From contig CAZVGK010000011.1 of the NCBI GenBank assembly GCA_964626665.1, positions 22,551 to 86,550 on the forward strand: a DNA stretch of 64,000 bases, in the 5' to 3' direction. Position numbers and translations under genes: made by a program. Under the pieces are notes generated by a model. The model was not told where the DNA came from and did not search any database. It worked only from the letters and a program-made list of their open reading frames with translations. Every line of letters starts with the position of its first letter. Positions within the stretch are counted from its first letter, which is position 1. Origin of the DNA: an uncultured Gemmatimonadota bacterium. GTDB taxonomy: Bacteria > SM23-81 > DAOVCL01. Shown one piece after another: positions 28,165 to 37,313 of this stretch.

Positions 28165-29624
28165 TCCACCATTACCACAAATGTCCTTAAAGAAATATCG
28201 GAATTAACCTTGATCTTGAAATTTCCAAACCATTTTGTTTTGATTCCATTTGCATTAATGTTATTGACAATAAATCTTGATACACTTCCAATCGGTATGT
28301 TTCCACCTGTGGCATCTGCAAGAAAAGAAAACAAATCATAGACATCCTGATAGGCAGAGAAATAACTTGGGGCCATAAGTATTGTAAAAGAAAGTATGGC
28401 AGCATTTTTAGAAGAGCCCTCAGAAATGACCTCCACTATACTTATCCCCCCAGGAGAATTATACTTACGACTAAACTTCCCAGCATTTTCTTCTCCTTTT
28501 AGCCAGCAAGAATTTCCAAGGGAATACCCACGCATTTTTACCAAAATTCCATTCTCAAAATCATATACAGTGCCGAACCTTAACTTCTTCGATATTTGGG
28601 CAAGCCTTTTCTTAACATACTGATCATTGGGCATATACTCAAGCGCCTCTTTATAATAACCTCTTGCTTCTCTCCATTCTTTGTGCTTATAAGCAAGGTC
28701 GCCTTTCTTAATAAAGAGAGAAAATCTATTATTCGCAAGAGCTTGCTCTACTTTTGTAGGTATAATTCCATTCTTTTTTGCACTCTCTAATATCTCAATC
28801 GCATGTTCATAATCACCTTGATTTTTGTAAGTGAGAGCCCACATGAAATAGGCGCTTCCTTTCTTTATTTCTAATTCCTCCTTATAAGAAGTAGGGATTT
28901 TATCAATTTCAGAATAAGTCTGGATTGCCTCGTCGAATTTGTTGTTACTTAATAAGTCGTCTGCTCTGCGAATGTAATGTATAGCAATTTTATCCAATAT
29001 TGTTTTTATTTCCCTGGGTAATTCCAAGTGAGATATATTACTTAGTTCTTGACATACTCCTAAACATTTCTGCTCTTTGTTTAGTTTATAGAAGCACTTT
29101 ATCTTCAATAACAAAGCAGAAGAATATACCTCTGGATTACAATGAGTTTCACCAATTAAATTAAGCTTTTCTATCGATTTTTGGTATTGGGCTTCTTTAT
29201 AGTCCCTTTCAGCAAGTTTCAATCTGCACTTAGCAACCCAATTATCTCCTTTTTCAGAATTAGCAGAGTAGAACAATCTCTCAGCTGTTTCATAATCCCC
29301 TTCGTTATAATACCTATTTGCCAATTTAAAGTAAGCTTCTGAAAGTTCAATCTGAGCCTTAACAGCATTCTCATTATGAGGTTTTTGTTTAAGGTATTCG
29401 GTGTAATCTATAATAGCCTCCTCATAATGAGAGGCAAGAAACGCCTTGTGGGCTCGTTCATAAGCGTTTTCAGAAGTATAACAATAGGAAATGCCTCCTA
29501 TGAACAACAAAGCAAAGAATAAAGCAGAAAATGCAAAAATAGGAATTTTTTTACCCCTCATAGTTCTCCTCCTTAAATTCAGCATTTTGAACCTTTTACC
29601 TTTGTCTCTAAAAGATGTCATCAT
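28161..29624 (-). CDS. Secreted tetratricopeptide repeat protein
   Basis: Multiple TPR-like helices (YEEAIIDYTEYL, AIQTYSEI, ARGYYKEALEYMP). Probable start is MRGKK (~29561) after AGGAGG. Confidence 0.75.
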   Translation of the reverse strand: MMTSFRDKGKRFKMLNLRRRTMRGKKIPIFAFSALFFALLFIGGISYCYTSENAYERAHKAFLASHYEEAIIDYTEYLKQKPHNENAVKAQIELSEAYFKLANRYYNEGDYETAERLFYSANSEKGDNWVAKCRLKLAERDYKEAQYQKSIEKLNLIGETHCNPEVYSSALLLKIKCFYKLNKEQKCLGVCQELSNISHLELPREIKTILDKIAIHYIRRADDLLSNNKFDEAIQTYSEIDKIPTSYKEELEIKKGSAYFMWALTYKNQGDYEHAIEILESAKKNGIIPTKVEQALANNRFSLFIKKGDLAYKHKEWREARGYYKEALEYMPNDQYVKKRLAQISKKLRFGTVYDFENGILVKMRGYSLGNSCWLKGEENAGKFSRKYNSPGGISIVEVISEGSSKNAAILSFTILMAPSYFSAYQDVYDLFSFLADATGGNIPIGSVSRFIVNNINANGIKTKWFGNFKIKVNSDISLRTFVVMVE

Positions 29625-29647
29625 CCTTTTGACTTTTTGCCTAATGG

Positions 29648-30304
29648 TTATAAATACTGTCCCAAGAAATCTCTAACACCATACAACATTTCTTTAACTA
29701 AATCCGAGGTATACTCCGAAAATTTACCATGAACAGCATCATTCCTAATGCGCTTCCAAACTTTTATCCTTTCCTGAGTAAGTCTGTTGTAGGTTCGATC
29801 ATCGGCAAGTTTTTGATTAAGAGAACTTATATCTTCTTTACTCTTGAGTTTAATACCGTTATTTTTAGCTATTTTTCTTAGCCCGTTTTCTAAAACTGCA
29901 CCAATCAATGAAGCAGCTGGATCCTTACAACCTTGTTCTACTAAGTATTTAGCCATTTCTAAGAAATCTGTAAAAATATCTGCCGAAACCAAAGTTTCTA
30001 ATTTTTGGAGGTATCCCCCCTCAATATCTTCTTTTGCTGCTTTCAAAATTGATTGACCTTGAAATGCGTGTAAATATAAAGGATGCTTACAATTCTGTTG
30101 GAATTCTTGAAAATGGGTACTATCATTTCCCAATACGACCTTCAGAAAAGACAAAGCTCCTGCTTTCCATTGATAAAAAGGATCGTTATTAACATACTCC
30201 TCCTCAAGTTGTGTATCTACACGTTTTGTTGATAATACTCGTTCTCCCATTTCTATCAATTGGTTTAGTCTATCTTTTAATTTTTCATAAAGCATGTGAG
30301 TCAC
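29648..30304 (-). CDS. HEPN-superfamily (DUF4145-like) protein
   Basis: AASLIGAVLE..LR and the RNase-type motif RNDAVH (Rx4H). Confidence 0.75.
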   Translation of the reverse strand: MTHMLYEKLKDRLNQLIEMGERVLSTKRVDTQLEEEYVNNDPFYQWKAGALSFLKVVLGNDSTHFQEFQQNCKHPLYLHAFQGQSILKAAKEDIEGGYLQKLETLVSADIFTDFLEMAKYLVEQGCKDPAASLIGAVLENGLRKIAKNNGIKLKSKEDISSLNQKLADDRTYNRLTQERIKVWKRIRNDAVHGKFSEYTSDLVKEMLYGVRDFLGQYL

Positions 30305-30403
30305 CTCTTAAATGATTGCTGTTAAGCTTTCGTATAACAGGGTGACTGGTAAGCGAAGTTCCCTGGAGAGAAAGTTTGTTTTCACCCCTGCGAACTGGGA
30401 CGG

Positions 30404-30973
30404 AATAGGGGATGTCCATAAAATTATAAAAAACTGCTCTCCTACAGATCAAGCTTTGCCTCCTTAGCAGTTTACCTGATAGATCCTCTCATTTAGGGAG
30501 AAAAAGGGGATTTGAGACTTGTTCTATTGATCGCTTCCGCTGTTAGCTCCCCTATCCCCAGGAATCAAGCTTTCCCTTCACATCGTCACAATAACCAAGA
30601 ACTGTCTGAAAGTCAACCTTTTTTCACTGAAAATTGAGAGTGGAAAGTGGAAATCTGAAGCCGACGGCTTAGCCATTAAGGCGAGTACTGGATAAAACAA
30701 TGGAGATTGGGTGAACGTCCAGTAAGGAGGGACGACGAGTAAAGAGGGACGTCCATAAAATTATAAGTTGACAAGTGAGCCTGGAGCCTATCTTGCTATT
30801 GGTGGTGAGAGAATTTAATGTGAGGGCAACAGCTTTTGCTAAGAAGCTGAGGCTTTCCCAACCCGCAGTGAGCATCTCTGTAAAGAAGAGGGAAGCATCC
30901 TCAGTTCCCCAGAAGGAAAGAGATTTTAACTGTTAGAGGGATGTTTTTTATAATTTTATGGACGTCCCCTTAT
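30404..30973. mobile_element. Non-coding element with ~30-bp terminal inverted repeats
   Basis: GGGGATGTCCATAAAATTATAAAAAAC at the left end, its reverse complement at 30943-30973, and an internal third copy at 30746-30766. Confidence 0.6.
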
Positions 30974-31012
30974 CCTATTACAATTTTTATCTGAAGTAAT
31001 GCCGCGATTGAT

Positions 31013-31930
31013 TTATTGATACTCAGGGAAGAAACTTGCTAAATTCGTCCCTCCGATGTAAACATCACATAGTAATCGTCCATTTATGATCCTGATAGGA
31101 TCTACCAGGTCAACAATGCCATTAAATTCTAATATCAGCTTCTCTAATTTCTCCTTCGCTGACTGATAATCAGGTCGGCCTTGTTCGGGAGGGTTGTACC
31201 CATCAGCTATTACTATGTCGCCCTTCTTGTCTCCTAAGTTCCAGTTAGGCGAAACCTTCAAGGTATCTACATCAACCACTTCAGTTACTTTGAACGCAGT
31301 ATCGTTAAGGAGTCCATACTTTCTTCTTACGGGGTGTTCCGGGTACGTGAAAGAAAACAGGGGGCCTTGTTGATGGAGACCCATCTTTACCATCATAGAT
31401 CGAAGATCTTGAAGCATTGAGATGATTTCAGCGTTGCTTTTTTCTAGAGGGTTCTCACTTTGACGAAGTGATTTAAGGTCAATTGCGACTGAGATCGGAG
31501 AGTCAACTTTAGTAGGATCTTTTTCAGTAGAACGAATCTGTCTGATCAGTTCTTCTTTGCAGTTGGCTACACTATCTAAATCTTGATGGTCAACATGAAT
31601 CGTTCGCGTTGGAGCAACGTCAAAAGGAATGGATTCACCGGATTTGATAATCTGAACTATTGGCTTTTTGACCATGTGCCGGATGGCAAGTTCATAGAAT
31701 ACATTAGGATTTCTGCCGGTTAGATCAGCGATGACGAGATCATCATCTATGAGACGCTGAATCACTTGTGATGTAATGATCCCTGGTTCTGATATTTTAT
31801 CAGCACGAATAGCGTTATATCCACATTCCTCAGCTGCAGGTTTGATTATGTGCGTCAATACCTGATCAGAACGACGTCTGATTTCGCTTCCTTCATCACC
31901 GATTGGGGCAATCACAAAACATGTCTTCAA
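31013..31930 (-). CDS. Nucleoside 2-deoxyribosyltransferase-like domain fused to a staphylococcal-nuclease-like domain
   Basis: N-terminal CFVIAPIG...ADLTGRNPNVFYEL...PFDV; C-terminal VTEVVDVDTL...PPE...AKEKLEKL...GRLLCDVY. Confidence 0.7.
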   Translation of the reverse strand: MKTCFVIAPIGDEGSEIRRRSDQVLTHIIKPAAEECGYNAIRADKISEPGIITSQVIQRLIDDDLVIADLTGRNPNVFYELAIRHMVKKPIVQIIKSGESIPFDVAPTRTIHVDHQDLDSVANCKEELIRQIRSTEKDPTKVDSPISVAIDLKSLRQSENPLEKSNAEIISMLQDLRSMMVKMGLHQQGPLFSFTYPEHPVRRKYGLLNDTAFKVTEVVDVDTLKVSPNWNLGDKKGDIVIADGYNPPEQGRPDYQSAKEKLEKLILEFNGIVDLVDPIRIINGRLLCDVYIGGTNLASFFPEYQ

Positions 31931-31996
31931 TTTTTCTTTTTCTTTAGCTATAGGGCTACCTCTTCGATAATGCTATTCAGTGTCAGCTGTTGTCAG

Positions 31997-32242
31997 CTAT
32001 GAGACTAAACCGATAGGAATCGCTGCGAAAAGAAGGACGTGAGCGCAGTTCTTGCAAATGATCTGGACCATCGGAACTGTTGGCCCACCGAGTTTTATCT
32101 TGCCAGTGGTATAAGGGAGAGCACTCACAATATCCCCAATCGCCCAGCTATTTGTGGTGCAGATAGGGCAGTTCGGTAAAACTCCTTTTGATTGAAGCCA
32201 CTTTTCTAGCTTCTCTTGTTGTTGCTTATCGAGCGGCATCAT
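31997..32242 (-). CDS. Small zinc-ribbon protein
   Basis: CPIC and CKNC pairs; RBS AAGGAG. Confidence 0.7.
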   Translation of the reverse strand: MMPLDKQQQEKLEKWLQSKGVLPNCPICTTNSWAIGDIVSALPYTTGKIKLGGPTVPMVQIICKNCAHVLLFAAIPIGLVS

Positions 32243-32305
32243 TTTCTCCTTTCCATGTCAGTGTGATGCAACAGGCTCGTGATATATCTCTGCAGAATAA
32301 AGTTA

Positions 32306-32671
32306 AATTCCTCTACCGTGTCAAGAACTTTTCTCGATAGCCAAGAAACAATGAGCAAAGCTTATGAAAATAATCGATAATATCTTAGCAAATAAATTAG
32401 TCAAGAAACACATCATAAGACCTCTAATCAAAGTCATTGCTCAAGATGGAGAATACGACTGTCTGAGCTTTTACAGTCGGGATTTATTACTGGGGGCGTA
32501 GATTGCATGTCATTGCGGTGAGCCGTAACTCAGAATGAAGTGAGGCAGCGGGGCAGAGTCTCAAAACACTGAATGGGGGGTGAGACCAGGAGATCGTTCG
32601 CGGGGTTCTCTCACTTGTGCACGGGACAAACCTCGCAATGACACTTGAAATACCAATGTGCAAACTATAAT
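32306..32671 (+). repeat. Repeat A copy 2 (short ORF at 32364-32501)
   Basis: Aligns with 26116-26418, with an insertion inside the REP-like part. Confidence 0.85.
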
Positions 32672-32684
32672 GTGCCCAGTTTAA

Positions 32685-32913
32685 TAACAGATCACGATTG
32701 TTTAGGAGTCGAACTACCCAGGATCGAAATGAAATATTGTTCTGACGGTAGATTGAGAGTCCACAAGAGAGGAATGAAAGAAAAAAATCTAAGCTCAGAC
32801 GAAAGCGATGCTTTTATGTTAGCCTTCTTGGAATTTGGTAAGAAATGTGCAAATTTTGACTATGAAGGTAATGGGGGGGACTTGGTGAAAGCTTTTGGGA
32901 AGATGAAGATTAG
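32685..32913 (+). pseudogene. Repeat B copy 2: terminase-like C-terminal fragment
   Basis: Aligns with 25100-25332 (ELPRIEMKYCSDGRLRVHK...SDESDAFMLAF). Confidence 0.7.
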
Positions 32914-32957
32914 ACTGAAACTTCTGAAGCTTCTTACCGACCTCGGTCTTAAAGTAT

Positions 32958-33482
32958 TTAATCGGGCCTTTGAACAATCAGTGAAGGCACTTCTGCTACC
33001 TGAGCAAGTAAATTCGTGTATTCGATTAGCACGCTGCGGACATCGTTTAGAACTTGTCGTAGTTCTTCAGATTTATCCCAATGTCTTTCGTGGTCTAAGG
33101 GAGAAACGGACCTCTCTTTCGTGCTTTCGTAGTCGAGGAGTAGAGGATGCCATTTCGCTAGGACTGGACGTAGCACAACATTTAGGATGGCTACAGCGAG
33201 ATAGCCAAATGATAAATTGTCTTCGCCTTTGGGTTGTGCAACGGAAGGACCATATCGGCGTAGGATCTTTCTGGTTGTGTCAAAGAGTGTGTAAAGTGAA
33301 GAAAGTGCTTCCCGAAGCAAACCCTCTTGAGGTTTTAATTCTGCTACTGAAATACGAGTAATCAGTTCAACATACATCTCCCAAGCTGCTTTTCGCTCAC
33401 TCTCATCGGGTTCCCAGATTCCTTCGACTCCGCCAATGTAAGGCAACTTAAGGCTGACTTTCACACTGGTAAGCTTTGCCAC
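32958..33482 (-). CDS. Hypothetical alpha-helical protein directly downstream of a TIR gene
   Basis: Probable GTG start at 33482, 13 nt after the TIR stop. AAWEMYVELITR and LRPVLAKWHP look like conserved motifs. No family recognised. Confidence 0.7.
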   Translation of the reverse strand: MAKLTSVKVSLKLPYIGGVEGIWEPDESERKAAWEMYVELITRISVAELKPQEGLLREALSSLYTLFDTTRKILRRYGPSVAQPKGEDNLSFGYLAVAILNVVLRPVLAKWHPLLLDYESTKERSVSPLDHERHWDKSEELRQVLNDVRSVLIEYTNLLAQVAEVPSLIVQRPD

Positions 33483-33495
33483 AGTTTTCCCTTTC

Positions 33496-34035
33496 TTACG
33501 GACATGTCTTGTTGTACTTAAACCTGTCACGAGGATTCACAATAAAATCTGCCCTACTGGTGCGCGATTGGAAGGCATCTTCAATGCAGTTAGCCAGAGT
33601 ATCCTTCCGCTGTGGATACCAGTACCATCGGGCATATCCATCACTGTTTTCATCCTTGAGGTTCATGCTCAGGCGCTCAGGTGGTTTTGGTTTTTTACCC
33701 GCTGAAGGGAGCACAATTCCCAATAATCCGTTAGGTGTTACTGTCCTTCCGTGCCGGAGCGACGCTTGTATCTCCCAGTCGACATAGCGACGTGCCCAAG
33801 TACATTTACCGATTAACACGATAGTCACAGTGGAGTCTTTCAAGTATAAGTCTTTGATTCGTTGCATGACGTAGTCTGTATCGTCACTATCAATGATATC
33901 TTGTCCCATATCAGCTTCAAGCACTCGGGTAATAAAGACTTTGCGCTCCTGGTCGAAGGTATCAATGAATTTCTTTAGTTCACCTTTGTCATCCTTGTGA
34001 TGCGATATAAACACTTTGCGTCTTATTTCACTCAT
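33496..34035 (-). CDS. ThsB-like TIR domain protein (DUF1863)
   Basis: RKVFISHH, YLKDSTVTIVLIG, YVDWEIQASL and NGLLGI. Start ATG 34035 after GAAGGGGG. Confidence 0.85.
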   Translation of the reverse strand: MSEIRRKVFISHHKDDKGELKKFIDTFDQERKVFITRVLEADMGQDIIDSDDTDYVMQRIKDLYLKDSTVTIVLIGKCTWARRYVDWEIQASLRHGRTVTPNGLLGIVLPSAGKKPKPPERLSMNLKDENSDGYARWYWYPQRKDTLANCIEDAFQSRTSRADFIVNPRDRFKYNKTCP

Positions 34036-34095
34036 TTTAACACCCCCTTCTCTTTGTTGTTTGATGAAACAATGCCACACAACAAGACAGTGATG

Positions 34096-35223
34096 TCATT
34101 TCTCTATTAGGAAGAGGTATTCCTGGTTCTCTTGTTTCTCTTTAGGAACCCACTCGTTTGTCCATCTCATCGTTGCCATAACATTTCGGCGGTAGTCAAT
34201 TTTGACAGATTCCAACACCTTCCCTGATCGAGCCAGCACGCCATGAAGCTCCTGGGCGGTCGCTCTGCCGCCCGAACTATACGACAGCAGAACATATTTC
34301 GACCGTGTCCGCTCAAGTAACCGTTCAATTGCTTGTACTGCGATAAAACGATCATTATCACTTCTCCTAAATTCCTCAAACTGTGAGTTTGTTACTTTAT
34401 CAGAAGAGTCAACTCTTCTATTTGCCTTGCCAAATAGCTCAGGGCGATCATTAAGGCAAATCGTTGTCCACAAATGATAGTATGCAGCGTATCTTACTCG
34501 CGAAGGTGGCATTTTCTCGTTATTCGAACCGTACGGTGGGTCAAAATACGACAAATCCGCATTCACCTGATCTACAAGATTGAAAATGTCACCGCAGTAG
34601 ACTTCATGCTCTTCAGCCGAGTCGATAAGAGTCGGCACTTTTAGTTTCATGACTTTGTATGATCTTGGCGCCCAATTGCTCAAATATGAAGCAAAATGTC
34701 CCAATGTATTGTCTACCTCGTCGAGAGCTAATATCAGGCTGGTCAACAACACTGATTTTTCAATCTCCCCCAAGTTCATTTCATCAATTTCACCACGGAT
34801 CGCGTCTAGCTTTCGTGTGTTATGGACTTGCCATGGTTTCTTTAGGCCATCAGCTTGAGATGACCGTCCGCCATTTGACAGACCGCCATAATGCTCTGTG
34901 AACCAGCCGTCTTTCCCGGGTAAAGCATTCAAGTAGTCAATTAGTTCTTTGTAGTATGCTCTGTGCCTTTTGTTCTTGAGATAACATAAACCGAATACCT
35001 TAGACCATACGGCATGGTCATTGGCTATTACTCGGTAGCCAAGTCGAGCGAACGCTTGCGACACACGTGTTGTACCTGCAAATCCATCGAAAACTGACCG
35101 AGGCTTAACCTTCTGGACAATTTGCAAGATATACGGTAGAAGCCGCAGCTTTGACCCTACATACTTGATACCCTCTGTATACGGGTAATCGACAACTATA
35201 TCAGGAAATAATGAGGGGGTCAT
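34096..35223 (-). CDS. DNA adenine methyltransferase (D12 class)
   Basis: YVGSK, DGFAGT, catalytic DPPY and LSYS. Confidence 0.9.
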   Translation of the reverse strand: MTPSLFPDIVVDYPYTEGIKYVGSKLRLLPYILQIVQKVKPRSVFDGFAGTTRVSQAFARLGYRVIANDHAVWSKVFGLCYLKNKRHRAYYKELIDYLNALPGKDGWFTEHYGGLSNGGRSSQADGLKKPWQVHNTRKLDAIRGEIDEMNLGEIEKSVLLTSLILALDEVDNTLGHFASYLSNWAPRSYKVMKLKVPTLIDSAEEHEVYCGDIFNLVDQVNADLSYFDPPYGSNNEKMPPSRVRYAAYYHLWTTICLNDRPELFGKANRRVDSSDKVTNSQFEEFRRSDNDRFIAVQAIERLLERTRSKYVLLSYSSGGRATAQELHGVLARSGKVLESVKIDYRRNVMATMRWTNEWVPKEKQENQEYLFLIEK

Positions 35224-35228
35224 ATCTA

Positions 35229-36089
35229 CTAATCCTGCAAATGCGACATATCCTTCTGAGCTTGTATATCAGCCTTCAGGCTTTCGAGCGCCCTCTCATG
35301 CCCACTAACCGTTGAGACAAGAGCATGGGCAAAGAGCTTCACAAGAAGGAGGTTATCAGAATAGTCAATCCATCCACCGGTGACACTATTGAAGTAGTTC
35401 ACGGCATTCGTCGTGTGTGTCCAAAGTCCTCTTTGTAGTGCGTTCGCGGATGCGTCACCGTAGCGCACTTCACAGATATATCCTCCCCCGTTGTCGTAAA
35501 AGCGAAAAACAGCATGCTTTCTCCTCCCCGTAGCCTCTTCGTATCTGATTTCGTGCGTGTTTTGCCTTGCCTGATCAAAATCAAAGACCATGATGTTACA
35601 ACGCTTGTTTCGTTCGTCGTAGATTAGCGGCAACACGTTGATGTTGCCGAACTCATTAAACGCGGCATCGTCGAAAATAGCTGGGATCGTATTGCCTGCG
35701 ATTATTGCTTGTTCTTCCTGTTTGAGTCTTGGAAACATCCTGAAATTCTTGTCTGTAGAAAGCTGCAGCGGTCCGACACCGTAAGCCTTCAGACTGATGG
35801 TGAAGTCGATATCATGAATTTCATTGGTGATTCGGATATCTTCCTCGTGTTCTTTGGCTCTATACATATCCTTCCCAACATGAATGGATTTGAAGTCATA
35901 CATGTACTGATTCACGAATTCAGACACCCCTGTTTCGGCTAAGTCACCGTGAGTTTTGTTTCCAATGAGGCGCATTGTGAAAATGTTGCTCAACGTCACT
36001 TTGATCAGGTGAGGGTTTTTACCTATCAAGTGTGTAAACCTTTTGATGAAATCTAAATACGCTTCTTTGTCTGTCATGATTTTTTGCAC
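35229..36089 (-). CDS. Putative type II restriction endonuclease
   Basis: Co-oriented 5 nt upstream of the MTase; PD-(D/E)XK-like GDLAE...EEDI...ISLK. Confidence 0.6.
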   Translation of the reverse strand: MQKIMTDKEAYLDFIKRFTHLIGKNPHLIKVTLSNIFTMRLIGNKTHGDLAETGVSEFVNQYMYDFKSIHVGKDMYRAKEHEEDIRITNEIHDIDFTISLKAYGVGPLQLSTDKNFRMFPRLKQEEQAIIAGNTIPAIFDDAAFNEFGNINVLPLIYDERNKRCNIMVFDFDQARQNTHEIRYEEATGRRKHAVFRFYDNGGGYICEVRYGDASANALQRGLWTHTTNAVNYFNSVTGGWIDYSDNLLLVKLFAHALVSTVSGHERALESLKADIQAQKDMSHLQD

Positions 36090-36386
36090 CTATTCCACAT
36101 GACTCTCTTGCTTCAAGAGTAACTCACTTATGTTGTGGCCCTTCTTCTTTCATAGTCTGCAAACTACTGGCTCCCCACGCTTCTCACGATGACTGCTTGT
36201 GCACTCATTCATAAATCTAATTTACTCAAACTCTTCGACCGAGTCAAGAACTTTTCTCGACGGTTTTGGCTGAGAGCCTCAGCGTTCTGGGGACCTGATC
36301 CTGTTCTCCTTTGCAGTGGACCCTATGGGAGGTGATTCCATCTACCTGCGTCAAAAATGTTAACAGTCCCGCTATCTTTAGGACGT

Positions 36387-37268
36387 CTAAAGAGAGGAAG
36401 CATCGTGCTTTCTCCCCACTAACTCCATTATCTCGGTGGCCAATTCCTCAATCGACTTGGAGGTGACATCGATCACCTTCCACCTCCGTCGCTGGAAGAT
36501 GGTATGGCTGTAGGCAAGCTCCTTTTTGATCTCCTGCAGATCCACATAGGAACCCAGCTCGGCTGCCGCCAACCGTTTGGCCCGGGCCTTCCGAATGGCC
36601 TGGAGCCTCTGGTGATGGATGGTCAGGCCGATTATCTTGTGGGGGGCGATGGTGAAAAGTTGAGGAGGAGGTTCAATCCCCAAAACTATGGGGAGATTGG
36701 CCACCCTGTACCCCCGGTAGGAAAGGTAGATGCTGATTGGGGTCTTGGAGGTTCTGGAGACGCCAACCAGGACGATATCCGCCTCCGATAAATCCTGGGG
36801 ACGCAACCCGTCGTCGTGCTTTACCGTGAAATCGATGGCCTCGATGCGCCGGTAGTAGGCCTCGTCCAGGTCCCTGAACAGGCCTGGGATGGCCATAGGG
36901 GAGATCTCCAGCAGATCGGTGAGCCTGGTGAGGATGGGGCCCAGGATATCGATGGTGGGCACCGCGTTCCGCCGGCCACCGGAGAGCATCGCCCTCCTCA
37001 GTTGGGGGGAGACCAGGGTATAGACCACAATCCCTCGCTTCCTCCTGGCCTCTTCGATGACCTCCTGCACCTGGGCCTCATTGCGCACATGTTGCATCCG
37101 ATGCAGGACCGCCTGAGAGGTCTCAAACTGGGTCAAGGCGGCCTTAACCACGAGTTCACAGGTCCTCCCTGTGGCGTCCGAGACGATAAAGATATGCCTC
37201 CCCTGTTGCGGCAGAGATAGGGATTTCTGCTCCGAACCATCCATTATGGCCTCATCTATCTGTTCCAT
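36387..37268 (-). CDS. ppsR: Pyruvate,phosphate/water dikinase regulatory protein (DUF299)
   Basis: VSDATGRT, HDDG, GVSRTSKTP and SIEELA. Confidence 0.9.
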   Translation of the reverse strand: MEQIDEAIMDGSEQKSLSLPQQGRHIFIVSDATGRTCELVVKAALTQFETSQAVLHRMQHVRNEAQVQEVIEEARRKRGIVVYTLVSPQLRRAMLSGGRRNAVPTIDILGPILTRLTDLLEISPMAIPGLFRDLDEAYYRRIEAIDFTVKHDDGLRPQDLSEADIVLVGVSRTSKTPISIYLSYRGYRVANLPIVLGIEPPPQLFTIAPHKIIGLTIHHQRLQAIRKARAKRLAAAELGSYVDLQEIKKELAYSHTIFQRRRWKVIDVTSKSIEELATEIMELVGRKHDASSL

Positions 37269-37313
37269 AGAACGCCGAAAATGTGCACGGAGAATAAAAA
37301 CCAGCCCCCTTTT

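Noticed and set aside
32645-33361. 238-aa plus-strand ORF
   Set aside because: It is a chimera of a repeat end, the terminase-like remnant and antisense read-through of the real minus-strand gene.
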